Positions 59,542 to 64,000 of a DNA stretch of 64,000 nucleotides are shown here, piece by piece (the stretch's first letter is position 1; each line of letters starts with the position of its first letter). The position numbers and the translations under genes were made by a program. Below the pieces are notes generated by a model. It was not told where the DNA came from, ran no database searches, and saw nothing but the letters and a program-made list of their open reading frames with translations. Location: the NCBI GenBank assembly GCA_963665275.2, contig CAXXIN010000007.1:480001-544000 (forward strand). The letters are read 5' to 3'. Source of the DNA: Negativicutes bacterium. Its GTDB lineage: Bacteria > Bacillota > Negativicutes > UBA1444.

Positions 59542-60099
59542 TCAAACACCTGGCGGCACTTTATCTTCCATTAGGCTGCGAAGATTTATAATGTTCCCGT
59601 CGACAACAAAGGTTCCATCCCCGTTCGCATGGAATGTCCGCCGTTCTTTTCGTTTCTGATCGATCCAAGCGCGAACTCCATCCAATACGAAAATACCATA
59701 GGGTTCCAGATAGTCAGTTACGCGACACTCCACGCATGCAAGGCACTCAGCAATCAGCGGAGCTTTAACTTCCGCCGCTGCTAATGCCGTCAGATTAAAC
59801 TTTTGAAATTTGTCCGTTTCTGCGCCGGAGCAATCGCCGATGCCGACTACTGTTTCTGCAAGATCAATCGTCGGAATTGCAAGCACGCATTCCTTGGTAT
59901 CTCTTAGCGCCTGGAAGGAATAATTCCACGGACCGGTTGTCAGCGCAATCCTCGGAGTAAAATCCAGTACCATGTGCCAGGAAATAGTCATGATATTATT
60001 GCGTCCTTTGTTGTTGGTAACGACCAAAATAACCGGCCCCGGCTCAATCAGCATAAACGCCTTGGCAATTGGCAACTTCTTCATCGGCATATCATTCAC
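59542..60099 (-). CDS. Flavin reductase-like FMN-binding protein
   Basis: EPGPVILV, NIMTISW, IGDCSG..DKF, APLIAEC. Confidence 0.85.
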   Translation of the reverse strand: MNDMPMKKLPIAKAFMLIEPGPVILVVTNNKGRNNIMTISWHMVLDFTPRIALTTGPWNYSFQALRDTKECVLAIPTIDLAETVVGIGDCSGAETDKFQKFNLTALAAAEVKAPLIAECLACVECRVTDYLEPYGIFVLDGVRAWIDQKRKERRTFHANGDGTFVVDGNIINLRSLMEDKVPPGV

Positions 60100-60200
60100 C
60101 GCCTTCCTTTTCCTTTAATTTAATAACAAAACTCCCCTTGAGCTAGTCCTGAATATTTCAGGTTTCTATCCCCGGGGAGTATGGGCTGCACTTTATGTTA

Positions 60201-61622
60201 TTACTGCCAATTCAGATAAGTGGCGATCACCAAGAATATCCAACCGGCAATCATCCCTTTAATAACTACCGGAAGAATAAACTGAACCCACTTGTCGAAG
60301 GGAACTCTGGCTAAGGCCAGCATCGCCAGCAACCCTCCCGCTGTGGGAATGATCATGTTGAGAAAACAGTCACCCATTTGAAAGGCCTGAACTGCAATTT
60401 GGCGATTCACACCAATCAGATCACTAAGGGGAATCATGATCGGCATCGTTGCCATCGCTTGTCCGCTCCCTGAGGGGACAAAAAAGTTGATGACTCCCTG
60501 CACCAAGGACATCGCTACCGCTGATAGGGCCGGCGGTAAATTCACCAGCGGCGCCGCCAGGGAATTGATAATGGTATCACCGATTTTGCCTTGATCCAAA
60601 AGAACGCTAATGGACCTGGCAAAGCCGACAATTACCGCGCCGCCGGCAATATCAGAAGCTCCTTGCATAAAGGTATCAGCAATTTTGTCGGCACTAAACC
60701 GCGCCACCAACCCAAACAGCAAGCCGTACACCACAAACAGCGCCGAAAGCTCGGTCAAATACCAATTATATTTGAGCACACCGTAGACAATGACCATAAC
60801 AAAGGAAACGAAAAGCGCCAGAACGACTTTTCCCCGTCCATCAAGATTATATTCATTGATTTTTCCCTTATCAATGGACAATCCTTCTGTTGAAATCCCT
60901 TTTACCAAACTTAGTTCAGGATTCTTTTCGATTTTCTTCATATACAGCCAAATTTGGTGAATTAATATCAAAGTACATACAATCCCGAATAACACCCTCG
61001 GACCCATGCCGGAAAAGATCGGCAATTCAGCGATAGAATGAGCCACGCCGACTGTATAGGGATTGATCGGCGAGGTGCCGAACCCGATGGAAACCCCACC
61101 GATGACAATGGCAGCTCCAACCATCAGATCGTAACCCATCCCAATCGCTACCATGATGCCCAACGGCACAAAAGCGATCACATTTTCAAAACCAACCACT
61201 GCACCAAAGAGCGCGAAAATAAATGTTAACACAACTAACATCCATTGCTTGGATTGTTTCGTTACACCGACTTTGCGAATAGTAATGCCAATTGCATTTT
61301 CAACAGCTTTAGTGCGTTCCAAAATCTTGAACATACCGCCTGCCAATAGCACAATCACCATGATTGGGGCAGCGGCAATCATGCCGGTCGGAATGGCTTT
61401 GAATAGATCCCATACCCCAACGGTCATTTTGGGTGTTTTGGCTAAAAAGGCAAAACTACCGGCAACGACGACATTGCGCCCGTTCACTACCGCTCTTTGA
61501 AACGAACCGGACGGAATCACATATGTTAACAAACTGACGATACAAAGAATTAAAAACAAAATGACAAAGGCGCCCGGTATTTTTTTATACCATTTCGGTT
61601 GACTCTCTTCTTGATTCATCAT
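60201..61622 (-). CDS. YfcC family (DcuC-like/basic amino acid) transporter
   Basis: LTYVIPSG, SPINPYTVGVAHSIAELP.FSG, FFVPSGSGQA..TMPI, FQMGD. Confidence 0.9.
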   Translation of the reverse strand: MMNQEESQPKWYKKIPGAFVILFLILCIVSLLTYVIPSGSFQRAVVNGRNVVVAGSFAFLAKTPKMTVGVWDLFKAIPTGMIAAAPIMVIVLLAGGMFKILERTKAVENAIGITIRKVGVTKQSKQWMLVVLTFIFALFGAVVGFENVIAFVPLGIMVAIGMGYDLMVGAAIVIGGVSIGFGTSPINPYTVGVAHSIAELPIFSGMGPRVLFGIVCTLILIHQIWLYMKKIEKNPELSLVKGISTEGLSIDKGKINEYNLDGRGKVVLALFVSFVMVIVYGVLKYNWYLTELSALFVVYGLLFGLVARFSADKIADTFMQGASDIAGGAVIVGFARSISVLLDQGKIGDTIINSLAAPLVNLPPALSAVAMSLVQGVINFFVPSGSGQAMATMPIMIPLSDLIGVNRQIAVQAFQMGDCFLNMIIPTAGGLLAMLALARVPFDKWVQFILPVVIKGMIAGWIFLVIATYLNWQ

Positions 61623-61829
61623 TCATCCCCCTATTTCCCCTTATTACATTTTCGAAGCCCCTTACGGCATCTTCAATGATGGTCTTTCTTCCTTATCGGC
61701 CAAGAATTCTCCCAGTATCTGCGTCAACATATAGCACCTGCTGGGCCTGTCAATCTCTCCCATGTTCCATCTCCCTTCTGTCTCATCGCTATGGACTACA
61801 ACCGGTGTTCAACTCCTTGCAGCTCAGAA

Positions 61830-62150
61830 CGGCGACAACCGTCGCCGAAACGAAATCCGGGAGCAGCTTGAAGGTTCGCACCGCTTCGGTTAGCTCCACC
61901 ACTTCGGAATGACATTATTGGCCTGACCGCCGTGGATGCTGCCAAAAAAAAATACACATGGCGCAAGCGAGCGGATCGACGCGACGGCTCACGATCGTTT
62001 GCAAGCCTTGGATAATCGCGGCAGCCGCAATGATTGGGCCATGAGTTTTGTGAGGAGTTGACCCCTGTCCGCCTTTGCCTGTAATGGTGATTGCGATATT
62101 GATACTGTTTGCCATCAACGGCCCATCCATAAGACCGACCTGACCTGCAG
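61830..62150 (-). pseudogene. M20 amidohydrolase internal fragment
   Basis: GPLMA..ITITGKGGQGSTPH...LQTIVSRRVDP, NVIP, VRTF; frameshifted and truncated. Confidence 0.7.
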
Positions 62151-62159
62151 GCAAATTGG

Positions 62160-62270
62160 GCGTATTATGATTTTCTTGCGGTACTCTTCCGTGTTTTCCA
62201 AATCAATTTCAGCAAAGAGCAGTTGTTCCTGATCATCAGTCAGGCTGGCAATACTTCCATCAGGAATAAA
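62160..62270 (-). pseudogene. C-terminal fragment of a carbon-nitrogen hydrolase
   Basis: PDGSIA...EQLLFAEIDL...EYR motif only. Confidence 0.45.
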
Positions 62271-62640
62271 AAATAGAAATTTACACCCATAATAGTATTC
62301 CGCAGCTCTCATTCGCGAAAAAAACCGATAATATATCTTGCACTTAAGCAAACTATATTAAAATTCACCAACGTTAAGAAGAATCCCTTTAATTTTCAAA
62401 TTGAATGACCGGTTTTAAAACATCCACCGTTGGCAAGTGTTCTTCTGTCACAGAGCCACGCCAATGTGATTTAAACCATTCTTAAACATTGATCTCTTCT
62501 CTCTCGGCAACAAGTATGCCTGAACTGATGTCCTCAATCATTCTGGAAATAGCAAAGTAGAAAATACCGTTCGGGTATACTTCGTCCCCATCCTGAACTG
62601 GCAACGGAATAATTTTTTATTCAGTTTGATTCGCCTGTTC

Positions 62641-62793
62641 TCACTCATCTTCAATTAACCTTGCAACGTCCTTGCCGCACTTCTTGCATTTTCCCTTGAG
62701 TGCGACGCCCAATTTGTCATTATGCATGGAAAACTCAACAATCGTCGTTTCGCCGCAAGCAGAGCAAAAAACATCCATACATTCAAAAGGCAT
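62641..62793 (-). pseudogene. Probably truncated small zinc-ribbon protein
   Basis: VFCSACGETTIV...LKGKCKKCGKDVARLIED (two CxxC). Confidence 0.45.
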
Positions 62794-62966
62794 TGATAAT
62801 TACCACTAAAACTAACAGCCTCAGTCCGACGAAAGCTCGAACCAAGGCTGCTTAAAATTGTCACGGATGCCTTCAAGCGCTACGCACGCCAAAATCAGCA
62901 AGACATCCCTCTTTTTTCGAAGTTTGCCAAACTTTTTCGAGTTGAGAAGAAATTACGTGCTTATTC

Positions 62967-63112
62967 AAACTGGACTGAGTTGGCAACGTTCTTCCGCTAC
63001 TCGGCCGAAATTCGAAAAATTATTCATACAACCAATATCATTGAAAGCTATAACCGGCAGCTGAGAAAAGTGACCAAGCCCAAGAGCGTATTCCCGACGG
63101 ATGATGCCCTGT
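62967..63112 (+). mobile_element. IS256-family transposase fragment
   Basis: NWTELATFFRY...IRKIIHTTNIIESYNRQLRKVTK.KSVFP.DDAL. Confidence 0.85.
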
Positions 63113-63114
63113 TC

Positions 63115-63312
63115 CCTGTTGTCCCTTTCGGGAGGTCAATGTCGATGCGGCAGCATTCACTTTATGTTACAACCCGCCAAATTGTCTTGCTTGAAATCAA
63201 GCAACAACGCCTCAGAGCGCAGATTACGCCGTACTCTGGTTGCTGACTACGGGACTGGCCCTTCCTTTGTCCCGACAGGACTTTCACCTGCAAGCATCCA
63301 AAATCTTAGCTA
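63115..63312 (-). mobile_element. Probable 5' (domain I) fragment of a group II intron, no RT ORF
   Basis: Minus strand agctaag..gatgcttgcaggtgaaagtcctgtc..cccgtagtcag..gtaacataaagtgaat..cccgaaaggga resembles bacterial group II intron 5' ends as recalled; not verified by a covariance model. Confidence 0.5.
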
Positions 63313-63344
63313 ATTATAACAAAATTCATTCAACTTTAATGAAA

Positions 63345-63390
63345 CAAAAAAACGGTCAAGGTGAATACCAGTCACCCCAACCGTTTTTTC
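63345..63390 (-). terminator. Intrinsic terminator after the fic gene
   Basis: aaaaaacggt..ggtga..tcacc..accgtttttt. Confidence 0.65.
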
Positions 63391-63421
63391 GTCTCTATTC
63401 CATTGCGTTTTGATGCTCTTA

Positions 63422-64000
63422 TCAATCCCTGTTGAATATATCAGTATAGGCCTTGTAAACAAATACTTTTTTCCGTTTGCGATTGTCCAGATTGCTTAAA
63501 ATCCCTTCCTCGCAAAGCCGTTCGAGCAAACGACCACTTGTGGCCGGACTGATGTCCAGTTTCGCGATCGCTTCTTCAATACTGACGGTCGGTTTATCAA
63601 ACAAGCCCTCGTATATCAGCATTGCATTTTCACTGGTTCTGCCCAGTGCATTGATCTTGCGCAAATCATTTTCGCGTAACCCTGTGATATCCCGCGCTAT
63701 TTCCACGGCCTCTTTTGCCGTTTCAATCACACCGGTTAAAAAGAACTTGATCCAGGTCTCATAGTCCCCTTTGATATGGATGTTTGAAAGGCAATCGTAA
63801 TAGGCCTGTTGGTTGCGTTTAATAAACTTGGAAATATACAGTGTAGGTTTGTGCAAAATATGATTTGCAGCCAGATAAAAAGCAATCAGCAACCTTCCGA
63901 TTCTGCCGTTACCGTCTAAAAACGGATGGATCATCTCAAATTGACTATGAATCAGCGCTGCTTTAACCAAGGGTGACATGCGGTCATTTTCATGCATAAA
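63422..64000 (-). CDS. Fic family protein with C-terminal HTH; 5' part outside the window
   Basis: Canonical HPFLDGNGRIGR Fic motif. Confidence 0.92.
   Translation of the reverse strand, partial: FMHENDRMSPLVKAALIHSQFEMIHPFLDGNGRIGRLLIAFYLAANHILHKPTLYISKFIKRNQQAYYDCLSNIHIKGDYETWIKFFLTGVIETAKEAVEIARDITGLRENDLRKINALGRTSENAMLIYEGLFDKPTVSIEEAIAKLDISPATSGRLLERLCEEGILSNLDNRKRKKVFVYKAYTDIFNRD

Noticed and set aside
1-64000. rRNA, tRNA, T-box, CRISPR-Cas, prophage or known defence operons
   Set aside because: No matching sequence or gene signatures seen by eye; small RNAs could be missed without covariance searches

Overview
A 64-kb chromosomal window from an anaerobic Firmicute. The gene content suggests Negativicutes/Sporomusaceae, but that is inference. 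Most genes lie on the minus strand. 1-31 kb is mainly metabolic and housekeeping: pepF (partial), BH0493-type uxaC, thrC, pckA, a Ser/Thr dehydratase, Gln-dependent nadE, a family III CoA-transferase, thpR, amrS, selO, mug, a four-gene ABC importer and ansA. 31-55 kb is a dense c-di-GMP/two-component/chemotaxis signalling region containing two IS5 relics. 55-64 kb is accessory DNA and mobile-element debris: a dead RelE/Gp49-like toxin with an intact antitoxin, IS256 and group II intron fragments, and a partial Fic gene. The strongest novelty candidate is 8221-9955(-). It encodes a GntR DNA-binding domain fused in frame to a pyruvate-kinase-derived body that has lost the lid (B) domain and the catalytic motifs but keeps the regulatory C domain and the phospho-His swivel domain. 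It is divergent from pckA, and a GntR-type operator core lies in the pckA promoter region, which suggests a pseudo-pyruvate-kinase transcription factor at the PEP/pyruvate node. The second candidate is a HutP-family antiterminator followed by an NAG-rich terminator leader upstream of a CoA-transferase rather than hut genes. Caveat: 4.7-13.8 kb carries many indels (thrC, GntR-PK, pckA, dehydratase, nadE) that look like long-read assembly errors, so proteins there were reconstructed by eye across frames. All family assignments come from motif recognition, not database searches. No rRNA, tRNA or CRISPR array was recognised.
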